From NCBI GenBank assembly GCA_000708835.1, contig DF237079.1, positions 116,787-180,786 on the forward strand: a DNA stretch of 64,000 bases, given 5' to 3'. Positions within the stretch are counted from its first letter, which is position 1; each line of letters begins with the position of its first letter. This stretch comes from Klebsormidium nitens (Eukaryota > Plantae > Klebsormidiophyceae). The translations under genes were made by a program, and so were the position numbers. A model generated the notes under the pieces. The model was given only the letters and a program-made list of their open reading frames with translations, searched no databases and was not told the origin of the DNA. Positions 44,201 through 55,310 of the stretch are shown here, in pieces.

Positions 44201-47200
44201 CCAAAAGCGCCCGATGACGGAGGGCTTGGCGAGAACGACGAGGAAGGGTTTGGGGTCGTGGCGGCGGCGCCTGCCGGGGCCGCCGCAAAAGACGGGCCGA
44301 AGGCGGGGAGCAGTGACCAGGACCATTTGCCGCGGTACCGGACACGCGTGTTTGCGGCGGAGTGTTTGGCGCGGTTACCTGCCGCGGTTGGCGGGGAAGC
44401 GGCGCACTTCGATCTGGAGAAAGCGCAGGAGGCGAACTGGGCCGCCGCGGAGAAAGGCCTCGTCGGGACGGACTGGCTCGTTTTGCACTTGAGCGAGCTG
44501 GTGGGAATCGCGTTCCAGATGGTGACAGGGCCCCTCGAGATGCTCCGCCCCATGGGCGTAAACCTGCTCAACATCGTTTTGGAAAAGTTCGGCGCGACGG
44601 ACGACCCCCACTTCGAGGGACACTTGCTCCTGGAACAGTACCAGGCGCAGCTTGTGAGCGCGCTGCGCGCGGCGTTCGAGCCGGGGGCCGGGCCCCTGCT
44701 GACGTCAGCGGGCGCGCGGCTGGCGGCGGTCGTGATCACGACGGGCGTCGCGGCCGGGGACCGGGGGGTGCTCCAGCGCGTTTTGACCATGCTGTGCACC
44801 CCCCTGGGAAAGTGGGACGCGCTGAGCCTGCCGTCGTACGCCGAGTGGGTCGGGTCCACCGTCAAGGTCTCGCTGCTCGAGGCGCACGCCCACGTCAAGT
44901 GCTTCGCGTGCGCTGACGTCAGCGGCGGCGACGTCAGCAAGAGTGACGGGGGCTCGACTCCCGGGACGCCGGTGGCCGAGGTCCTGCGGCCGCTGATGCG
45001 CCCGCACGGGGCGGTGGTCGCGCGATGTTGGGTCGGGCTGCTGCGGGACTACGCGGCGGGGCGGCTGCTGACGTCACCCTCGGCGGGGCGCTACCAGCCG
45101 TTCCTGCAGGACAGCCATTCGGCCGCCGCGAAGGCTGCGGTGCGCCCGCACTTGGAAGCCGCCTGGGTCCAAGTTTTTGAAGCGGTGACGATCGGTGTCA
45201 GCCCGGCCAACCAGGCGGCGCCAGCTGTCAAGTTCCGAAACGGATCTGAGGCAGGGGCGTGGGGGAATGTGATTGACAGCAAGGAGTTTGACCAGCTCTG
45301 GGGGATTGCGCTGGCGGTTCTCAGCGAGGGGGCCTTGTTGGGGGGGGGCGCGGCGGGCGGCGGGGCTGGCGCAACCCCTGCGGAGCTGCGCAGGGTAGCC
45401 CTACGGGGCCTCAAGTGGCTGTGCGCGCCGGCGTTTTGCACGCACGACATGCTGTCGACAGACTTGTGCCGAGAGCTTTTGCAGGTACGCCGCTTTCTTC
45501 GCTTCTTCTCTTCTGCTGTAGCGCCTTCATGAATGGCACCATTGCTTCGTCTGCTGCTTTCTTCTGTCTTGAGGAAGTGCTGCTTTCCTGGGCTTTTGAT
45601 CGACTCCTGCTTTTATTCTGGCCTGAATATTGGCTGGGATGTCTTTCCAACCACAGCCGAGTACATCCTCGTTTGCATAATGCGTTCAAATGCTTGGATT
45701 GCGTTTACTGTCTTTGCTTCTTCTTTGCTTACCCTGTTGCCTCTTCTCAGCAAGGCCTCGATCTCTACCCACTTTAAAGCACTGTCCAGCTTCCATTATA
45801 TTGTCGACGCCCGTTCCCATATCTTTCTTCTTCTCTCGATCCTTTAAAAATCCTACCTTACGGGTGCTTCAGACGGTTGCCACCTCCACCACTTGCTTTC
45901 CAGGCACTCTCCAGCCTCGTCGTGTCCTAAGGCTTTGACACGTTCAGATCCAAGTGTTATCAACTGCCATTCCTCATGCCTTCCTTTGAAAACCTACTTT
46001 TCAAGTTGCTCTAGACGATTATCAACTCCGCGCCTTGGCATTCTCCTCCAGGCCCTGTCCAGTCTCGCCGCGTCCGAGAAGGCCGCCCTTCAGCAGCCCA
46101 TCCTCGAGCTCCTGGAACAGCTGACGTCATCCACCCCCGAGGACTACCTCAGCGTGGACTCGCTCCTTCGCGACTCCGCCGCCGAGCTCGGGCTCAGCGA
46201 ACTGCGCCTGATCCTTGGGGCCAGTTCCGGTTCCGTTTCCGGTTCGGGCCCTGCGAACTCCGTCGACGACGCTTCGCTGCAGGCGGCGTACAGGGCGCTT
46301 GGCGCGCTCGCCGCTCGCGCAGGGCCCGACGGGCAGACCCGCCTCGTGCCGCAGCTTTTGGCCGAGGGGTTGGGGGCGTTGCAGAGCGTCCCCGTTTCGG
46401 GGGGGGCGCTGGCCGCGACCGTTGAGTTCCTGACGGCTCTCGTGGGCGCTTCGGGGGGAGAGAAGAGGGCGCAGATCGTGGGGGGATTGATAGAGAGTCT
46501 GGCGGAACTCGCCGAGAAGCAGATGGCGGTTCTGAGCGAGAACGCAGGGATTGAGAATCAGCCGAGCACGTCGCTGTTTGAGACGGGGACCGTTGCTCCC
46601 GTTTCCCCGGTGGCGGATGCCGAAGCGCGGCTTCCGATTGTGTTGACGGTCCTCGGAAACGCCGCGAAGGCGCTTTTGGGCGAAGCATTGGCGCCGGCTA
46701 AGCAAGCGGTGCTCCGAAGCATCGGGGTGCTGCGCTCGTGTTTGAAAAACCAGTCGACCGTGGCCCAGTCCATCGCTCTGCAGACGATGCGAAACGCGCT
46801 GCAAGCAGCCGCCGCCGGGGGCGCAAAGGACCCCCCCACGGGAGAGTGGGCGCGCGCGCTCGCTCGGGAGCTCACCCCGGACGTGTGCGGGGTGGTGCAC
46901 GCCGCCAGGTCAGCGCTGACGTCAGAGCCCGCCGCCGCGTCAGCGATGACGTCGGCGTCGGCCAACGTCCTCGGGGACTGCCTGAAGGTGCTCGTGCTGC
47001 TGCACTCGCTGGCGCAGGGCGCCGCCGCGCAGGAGGGGGTGCTAGCGGTCCTGCTCGCAACCGTTATCGCCGCCGCGACGCCTCCCCCGGAGGGGCACAA
47101 CGCCGCGTCTTCGGGGCTCGCGTCCCTGGCCGTGAAACTTGTTACCCACTTGGCGACGGTGCCCGAAACGGCCGCCCAGTTCAAGGCCGTGGTCGCGTCC

Positions 47201-48892
47201 CTCCCCCCCGAAACGAAACAGCAGCTCCAGGCGGTGCTGAGAGCCTCAGCGGGGCAGCCGGCCGCAGCTGCGGCGCCTGCGGAGCAAGTGAGGGGGGGGG
47301 TCAGCGCCCCCCCGAAGCTGGTAATCCCGCTGAAGGCGTTCGTACCCCCCCCCAGCACGGGAGCGGGGATCCGGGTCGTGGTGCCGCAGAAGGCGCCGAA
47401 AGCTGCGAAAGAAGAGGACCTCGACGGAGACTGGGACGACGACGAGCAGTGGGGCGAGGCCAAGGATGCCACGTCAGCAGAGGGTGCCACGTCAGCAGAG
47501 GGGGTCACGGCAAGTGCGGATGCCACGTCAGCAGAGCCGGCGGTGGTTAAGGAGAATGGGGACGTTACGGTAGCGTCTGCGGCGGACGAGTTTGACGAAG
47601 ACGATTGGGGCGATGAATTCGAGTCGGCACCGCCGGCAGCGGAGCCCAGTAAGCCAGAGGGACAGGAAGCGGAGGCGGTGTTTGCTGAAGTCAGCGGCGC
47701 AAAGGAGACGAAAGCTGACGTGGCAGCGGAGCCCAGCGAGCCGGAAGGCAAGGAGGCGGAGGCAGTGGTTGCTGACGTCAGCGGCGGGAAGGAGACGGAA
47801 GCTGACGTCGACGAGAGGAAAGAAGAGGCGACTGACGTCAATGGGGAGCAAGAAGCGAGGGCTGAGAACGGCGAAGCTGTCAACGTCGAGGAGGGGTCAG
47901 GCAGTGGGATAGGCGGTGATGAAGGCGTTGAAGACAATTCCGAGGCGGAGCGAAGCGAGCGGATTGCTGAGGTCGCTGAGGGGCAGGCGGAGAGCCCAGA
48001 AGGGGATGAAGATATTGAGGCGCCTGCGGTGCTTAATCGGGCATCGCCTGCCGTTGAGGAGCTTACAGGAGACTCGAAGGTCGAAGCAGGGCCGGCGGAA
48101 AAGGGAGAAGTGGATGGGAAGGAGTCTGCTTCACGGAGGTCCAGTCGAGCAGATGATGAAGGTCAAGTGGCGGAAAGAGGAGAGTCGACGCCAGACGCAC
48201 TGTCGAAACGAGCGTCCGAGAGCTGGGGGGACGAGTTTCTGAGCGCCCCGCCAGTTGGCGCCGCTGATGCGGATGCCGATGCGGTGCCGACGCCGGAGGC
48301 TCCGGGCGAAGTTCTGAAGGAGGAGATGGAAGGTCCCAGTTTTGCAGCGGAAAGTGCAGACAAAGAGGAAAACGCTGGGCTTTTGAACGGCAGCCTTGAA
48401 AGCTCGACGAGAGAGGCACGGACGTCGCACGAGGGCGCGGAGGAGCACGCTCAAACGGAAGCCGAAACGACGGCCAAGACCAAGCCGGTTCCGGTTGAGA
48501 TTCTGCTCGAGGAGGCAGCGGAATCCATCGATGTTCCGACGGGGCAGACATTGCAAGCGCCGGCTTCTGAAAAGTCGAAGCCGAAAGCTGAGGGTTTGAA
48601 AAGCGGTGACGTGTCTCTTGGGAGCGCGGCATACGCCCGCGAACTGGAGCATGCGGCGGAAGCCCTTGCGAACAGCGTGGTTGAAGATGTTGTCGCGGCT
48701 GCGAAGAAGGTGAGCGCGGGTGCAGAAGGGCCATCCAACGGGCATGCAGAACACATGGAGCACGTACGATTTCCAAAAGACCAGATTGGCCTTAGCAGCG
48801 GAGCGTTGCCTTCTTCGGATAGTCTAGGAGTTGAGACGGGCGGACAAGAATCCCAAGATCTGAGTGCAAAAGCGGAGGAAGCGCCGTTGTAG
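38217..48892 (+). CDS. SWEETIE: SWEETIE / HEAT repeat-containing protein 5 (HEATR5/Laa1) homologue, 8 exons, about 2528 aa
   Basis: Exons 38217-38372, 39085-39298, 39567-39673, 39970-41036, 41367-42693, 43017-43316, 43910-45484, 46052-48892, all phase-compatible. Segments such as DPLVTFDLL, QRQCEDKL, ISIYSRANGIQGWLSD, GAAQCLG, CVKGLEDSSQAVRDGYAAALGALVALGLNPQAQVQP and RLPLGVPSRL match plant SWEETIE. The start could be 38217 or 38229. Confidence 0.93.
47465..47810 (+). repeat. In-frame coding repeats in the SWEETIE tail: three copies of gccacgtcagcagag (ATSAE) and two ~87-nt units (AEPSKPEGQEAEAVFAEVSGAKETKADV / AEPSEPEGKEAEAVVADVSGGKETEADV)
   Basis: Read directly from the sequence and from the translation of ORF 45893..48892. 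Confidence 0.85.
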
Positions 48893-49804
48893 TTGGACTG
48901 CTCTCCAATGCACGCTCACCGACAGCGGGACGAGCATTGGCGAAGAGATCGCAGAGCTACGCATTCAATTGACTGTTTTTGTGTATCTGGGAGCAAGGCC
49001 AAGGAATGCCCAAGCTGTGCCTAAAAGCCAACAATGTACTATAAAAACACCTTCCAACCGGCCCTTATACCGGGTGGATCCGCAAATCGTATGTTGAGGG
49101 AATCCCTTCTTGCCAGCATCACTCGCCTTTGAACACACGAACATCACGTACTGTCAATTCTAGCTTGCCATGTTAATACGGACTTGCGCTTACATATAAA
49201 TCTACAATACAATAAGTTGGGAGATCTGCAATGATGTGCAGTTCTTCCGACATCAATATACTCATGCGAGCTAGCTCGCCCTTAATCCGGGTATGCATGC
49301 GTGCCAGCGGCCTCAAGCTCTTATGTGAGCCAGTGACGTACATTGCTTGGCGGGTGTACATGCATGTGCACGATTGGAAAACGGTTGAAACTCGATGATT
49401 GATATGACTGCACACTGACGGGCCAACAGCACCGAATGCATTCAATGCTTACGCACGTCAATCCGGCTCGAGCCAGACAAACGGTTGAAAAATGTCAACG
49501 TGCATGATTTTCAAATAAGTTCAACAAGAGAACTTGCAAGCATGCCGGACTATAGAAAGACACAACAAGAATCAGAAGAGTGACCGACTTTTGACTGCAT
49601 CCGGTACTTCATGAACTCCGAATAACTTATATAAACGTATGTTTATTACAACACAGAACCATGATCGCAAGGAACCTACCATCTGCACATTTACTGGCAC
49701 TCTACCTAGGCTGGCATTTTCTCCTTTTCCCCCTGAATCTCACAGACAACCGGCCTCGAATCTAACTCGAGCGGGCCTGGATGCAGCTACGCGCGTGCTT
49801 GTAT

Positions 49805-52800
49805 CTAACTCAGCACTAGGGCGTTCGGCGCGGGGCCTGGTGGGCCGACGTTCACGACTCCGTATGTAAGTTGCCACGTGGGCGCCGTAGCATTGGTTGT
49901 GGCGTTGACGGATGGGAGGTATTGCCAGAGTTGAGTGAAGTAGGCTCCATAGGCGACGTTGTACTGCAATGTAAAACCAGCAGGCGTCTTAAGGCTGAAA
50001 GCACCCGTGAGCAACAAAGGCGTCCATGTCGCTAGACATATAAGCTGACCGCAGATACCCTTTTGGAAAGCAACACGGAGGAAGAAGCAAGGACAGGCCT
50101 ATCCACAAGTCGCTAGCCACTTGCAGATGCAAATCTTCCGAGGTGGCAGGACAAGTGAACTACACGGAGCGTGGAATCCGATCAGCGAAACACATCGAAG
50201 AACAGGTAAAGTCCGCAGTCCTCTTTTGACAATCTCACTGTTGAGGACTTACCGCGAGTGCCGTGCCGAACAGCTTGGAAGTCAGGAGCACGGCCACGTT
50301 GCTCAGTTGCCGGTACGCCACGAAGCTTTGCGCCGTCCCGTTTGCGGCGGTGTTATTCCGTACTTGCTGGGCAAGGTTGATGACCATGGGGTCGGAGAAG
50401 TTGAGCCTGCGTCGGGACACGTGGCAGGTGTCAGGCCCTGACGTCAGAGATGCGCAAACCACAGCTGATGCGAGACATGCGCGCGCGCGTGCCAAAGAAA
50501 CGCGCGACGGCTGGCTTACTTGGGGACTCTACCGAAATCTAGAGGGAGAAAAAGGGAACGTCACAACCTGTGTTACAAATGGGTTTACTTTTCGTGGACC
50601 CCCTTGTCATAGTAATGGCTGTTCGCAGACTCCAGAAGGACTCCAGTTGCTCTAGACTTTTCGCACCATCTCGGGCAGCTTATGGGCTTGGACTGACGGG
50701 TTCACTGCAGCCATCGGTTTGATGCATGGACGGACGGTGAAACTGTCTCGACACCTTCTCGAGAACCATCCGCAGCAGCTTCAGGTAACTGGACAAAACC
50801 ACCAAGCATGGTCGATGCCAACCTAACAGCCCAGTGTTTCTGCCTCCCTGTATTGGCATGTCAACTTCGCGGTAAAGCTATTTTATTCGTGTTCCTATTG
50901 GCTAAACCCTTGCAACCTGCCAGCGTGGCATCAATGAGCATTGACCTTGAAGACCGAAAACCGTTGGCTCACCTTCTACTCTATCTACACCGTTGACTGT
51001 CAACAAACGATCGTCCGGGAGACCCTAACCTACTAGACATGCATCCTCAAACCCACTCTAACCCACTCCAACCCCCAAGTGCCCAAACACTGCCGCACCC
51101 AGAGGCCACAACTCAGACACATTGAATAACCGAGACTAACCCCGAAAATTACTCCCGGTTAGGGAGGCCATTTTCATTACTGCGAGGTTGCCTGGACAAA
51201 CTGCACTGAATGGCGAAGCCTCCCTTCCAGAGCGATACAGCACGGCAAGTACACGACGAACCAGGCTAACCACTTTTCACACGCAAGGCTTCCGAAAGAA
51301 GAGTATTCACTCACGGCGCAGGGCCCGGAAGCGTGGCGATCGCGAACTCCGTCCCTGGCGCGACATATGGGGCCGTGGCATTCGCGAGAGCGGCGGCGGT
51401 TGCGTTCGTGCTTCCATTCAGGGGGGCCGCGGCAAGCGCCGCCAAAAACGCGTTGGAAGCGCTTACGACCGCCCTCTGAATGCTCGTGCTGTTTTCCGTG
51501 CTTGAAGTTGCGCTTGCGTTTGCGCCGACCGTGACGTTGGGCGCGTTTTGATAGACCGGCATTGTGGTGTTGACGATCGGGGCGGTGTCCGCGGGGGTGA
51601 TGTCAGCAAACGAGACGGTCCAGCCGTCGGATAAGAGCCGCCAGAGCGCCGTGATGTATACGTTGCCCAGCTACAAAGAGGATGAGAAAAATATGGAGGA
51701 TGCGTCCAGAGGTTGAATGTTTGGAAAGTTAGAGGTTGCGCACCCTGAGCGGAGTTGCTTTTCGAAGCTTAGAGGTTTGTAGTTTCAAATCCAGGAGCGC
51801 CCAATCCATGGAATTAACATTGAGAAGTAAGGACCCGTATGCAGCTTTTGAAGACTGTGCGCGTGGATTTGGAACGCGGCTGCGAAACACGTTCTTTCGT
51901 AGCTTCGTGATCAGACTTGTCAAGCCCCCAAGACATCTTGTTGAAGCGACTACTCCAAACCAATGGATATGAGAGCGTGAGATGCAAATGCGCACGTTCT
52001 TCAAACCTTGTCATTCGCATGGCAGCACACGACCCACCAAACGCACGTTTGTTTTACACCCCGGCTGATGCTCGCGCAATTCTCCGATGACTTTGAAAAG
52101 CAATGGAAAAGGCAAAATTTCATGCGCTTACGATAACAGCGATGACAGGGATCGATGCAAAAGGCAAATTGCATGCGCTTACAATACCAGCATTGAACGC
52201 GATGCAAAAGGCAGGTTGCATGTGCTCACCTGACCAGCGGCTAATATTTGCACTGTGATCGAGTTGTTCGCGTCGATTGAGATAAAGAGGCGATCGACTG
52301 GCTCAGGCAGACCGGTTGAGCCGGGAAGGGGGGATAACCTCCCGGAGAATAGAAGCAACGTGTTAATGTTGGACAACCTGCAGAGAGGAGACGCTGAAAT
52401 CCTTTGCACGTGACTGGCTGGTGAATTTCTGTCAAGGTGATTATTCTTCCTCTCGTTACAGAACAGATTTGTATTGCGAAAACAATCGAAATGGTAGAGA
52501 CAATGATTACATAAGGTACGATAGGCATGCTAGCAGAGAGGGAAATGAGATGCTGAGCGAGAGAAGGTGGGAAAAGTGGAGTGGGGGAAAGGAGAAGAAA
52601 AGAAGCATGAGTCCAAAGTGTAGACTGGGAGAGGATTTCTATGAGGGGGACGGATTCGCTGAGCATAGAGGTGGGCCGACGTTAAAAGGCGAAAATTAGA
52701 ACGAGTTTTGTTCGGGAGGTCCCGAAAACAAGGGATCGATATGGATCTAAACACTGAGGAAGAAAGGGCGAAACAAAAACGGGGAACGAAGCTAAGAGGC

Positions 52801-54790
52801 AAATTAGTGGCACGTGTCTACTCTCCACCCTTTGAAAAAAGGCAGACTCCCAAGATTACAGGATGTGAGTAGAACGGTGGACAGGCGCTCACGTGAGCGG
52901 CGAGGTGAGATTGGGAAGCACCAGCTGCACGTCGGGGGTCACGAAGTTTGCGACCGCTAGGAAGTTGCCACCTGTCAGCGCCGCGACGAGCTTATCATTC
53001 TCTGCCTTGATAGCCTGGTACGCCGTCAGAGTGGCGTTGGTTGGGGTAACTGCAGAGGAATATAGACAAGCTTATTGACCTTGTGAGAATAGCATGTTAA
53101 GGATCAATAACCAGGTGGTTAGCAATAACCCCGTTTCGGCAGCAGGGTCTCGAACATACTAGGGAAAGGGCATCGATGAGCTGGGGAAGGCGCCACGGCG
53201 GCGCGCAATTGGGAACAGCGGCTTGCAATTGCAACACGGCAAAGGGCTGCTGCTCGTGGTTCACCTTGAACCAGATGCATCAACTTCACACGATCTTGAC
53301 GTATTACTTCAAACAGAAGAGTCGTGCGAACATGGGGCTTGTTTGCGCAAGGGACCAGTTCCCTCAAACTCAGATGAACATGACTACCTGCCTCCTAATT
53401 TCTTGATTTCTCTTCCCAAAGCCCAAATTAGCAATCTTGCTTTGCCCCAGAAGACTCGTAGAGTCAGTTTTTTGACCGCTTCGTATCTCGGTGGTACTCT
53501 GTACTAGAAACGCTGAGAGTTCGTGAAACAAGCTGCTGCCTTGACATAAGCCATCGGTCGTTGAACACGCTACTTTTGACAGTGCAGCAAAGGGCCTGAG
53601 AGATGTTCACCTTGACATGTCCCTAAACTGGCAATGTCGGGAAGTATTGGCAGGGACGTACTGCTGGGGACACAGCTGCAAGAAAGCAGGAACACTGCTC
53701 TTGATTATATTAAAAAGGATGCGATGGTAAGAGATCTTTCAGTGTTCTTTGTGCAGAACAACAAGAACTTTCACAACTCCAAGGGCAGTGCCCTGGACCT
53801 GAAGCAGAAGCGACTAGACTGGAAAAGGTGGTGCAGCGCCCTGAGTGGAAATGCCCCACAAAATAACAACAACAACTGTGAAGAAGCCAGAAAAAGAACA
53901 AGGAGCAAGACGTGCGTGGTGTGACTACATTCTAAGTATTGCTGCAAAGTGCATAATGAAATCTGAAGAGGAGAAGGGTGTCTCTATGCAGGTGAAAGTA
54001 CAAATCTCTTGTTTCTTTTAAATTAAGGACACAAAGTGGTGTAGTGCCCTGCAAACAACCTCTCAGGAGGCTAGCAACTAGAGAGGCTTGGACATGGTTC
54101 TACACTTGGTCCACGTCTGTTCGTTAGGAAGAAAGTTGATGGTGTAAGAACTTCCTTGCACAACTCCGCTGTCTAATGAAGGACACTGCCTCAAAACCGA
54201 CATGGTTTAACCGTCATGGAGAGAATCACGTCGGGAAGATAAAAGGGGAAAGTACTGAGACAAGGTCTCTAGTTGGTGATGCGCACGTGAGTCCACTCGC
54301 ACAAGTGATGGGGAGAATGTTGCCCCCTGAGCGGCACTCCTCTCCTTGCCCGACCACTGTTTGTCCTGCAGTAAGAAGAGGTGACAAAAGAAGTTCAAGT
54401 GCGCTCCACCAGTGCAGAGGCCCTCCTCAAATGAGAGTAATTAGCTATAACTGAGGGGAGTACCTCTTGTCTAAATTGCAACTTTTTGCTCTAAGCTCTA
54501 CTAAATGCACGGGGGCAAAAAATTCCAAGGGCGAACACTGTTGACCAGTCCGCATTGTCAATTACTGACTTTACCTTCACAAATGCACAAGGAAATGACA
54601 GCTACTTGAGGGGAGAATTGTAGGTTCAAGCAAGAAAGGAGAGGCACATGATGTTCTTCTAGTCCAAGTACGTCAGCATTTTTACGCACGCAGGGAATAT
54701 GGCAAGCGTGACGTGAGTGAAAAACTGAACCTCACCGTTCACCCCAGCTGCAAGCAGCAGGAAGGCAAGGGAGACTGCCCAGGCCGCCAT
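49805..54790 (-). CDS. Uncharacterised secreted glycoprotein with two predicted NTF2/SnoaL (DUF4440)-like domains, 6 exons, about 370-374 aa
   Basis: Exons 54790-54736 (signal peptide MAAWAVSLAFLLLAAGVNG), 53049-52893, 52377-52230, 51670-51315, 50406-50253 and 50059 (or 50044)-49805. All junctions are GT-AG and phase-compatible, and the protein has about 15 N-x-S/T sequons. The fold assignment is from pattern resemblance only. Confidence 0.8.
52095..52240 (-). repeat. Three ~47-51 bp tandem units spanning the exon 3 donor of the secreted-protein gene
   Basis: Minus strand reads gctggtcag|gtgagcacatgcaacctgccttttgcatcg, gctggtatt|gtaagcgcatgcaatttgccttttgcatcg and gctgttatc|gtaagcgcatgaaattttgccttttccattg. 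Confidence 0.85.
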
Positions 54791-55310
54791 GGTGAGTCCG
54801 TCTGTGGATTCCTCTGGGTTTAGGCGCCTCTGCAGCTGAGCAGAATGACAATTAGAGCTTTTTGGGGCACCTGTTCCAACTTTCAAGGTCATGCAGGGCA
54901 CCAAACTTCGGCCACCGTGGCAGCCACGTGGGAATGGGTTTGCGTTACCTACCAGTGATTGACGACGTATGGAAGCACAATACCGGTTATCAGGCCCAGG
55001 GACTCCGTAGAGTTGGTACGTCAGGTGAAATTGAGTCCGAGTCGGGACTCGGGAGTCGGAAACCGGGCATAGTGTGCTGCATATGCTATGTACCCAAATC
55101 TACGCGCGCGGCATTTGCGGAAAAGAATGATGGCGCGCTAAAGAGAGCTTCATGCGCACCATTCAATCTCAAACTTAAAGCAAGAAGGTCCATTGTCGCC
55201 CTGAGACACGGCATTTCGCAGGCTCGGAATGTTTTGATGGAGAGCTAGCTAGCCATCTTCCTCCGTGCAGGCGGGCCGCTTCAACGGTCTGGAGATAAAT
55301 CTGGGCCAAG

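Noticed and set aside
39918-48776. Many long overlapping and antisense ORFs (e.g. 41394..42293, 43849..44940, 46558..47937)
   Set aside because: They are shadows of the very GC-rich large SWEETIE exons. The translations are low-complexity Arg/Ala/Pro/Ser-rich text with no domain signal.
51046-51077. ctcaaaccca-ctctaaccca-ctccaacccc as interstitial telomeric repeat
   Set aside because: Three imperfect 10-mers that do not match a TTT(T)AGGG unit; more likely a trivial minisatellite.
53634-54454. ORF fragments in intron 1 of the secreted-protein gene as a transposase relic
   Set aside because: All frames have many stops, and I saw no DDE, RT or zinc-knuckle motif, terminal repeats or target-site duplication.
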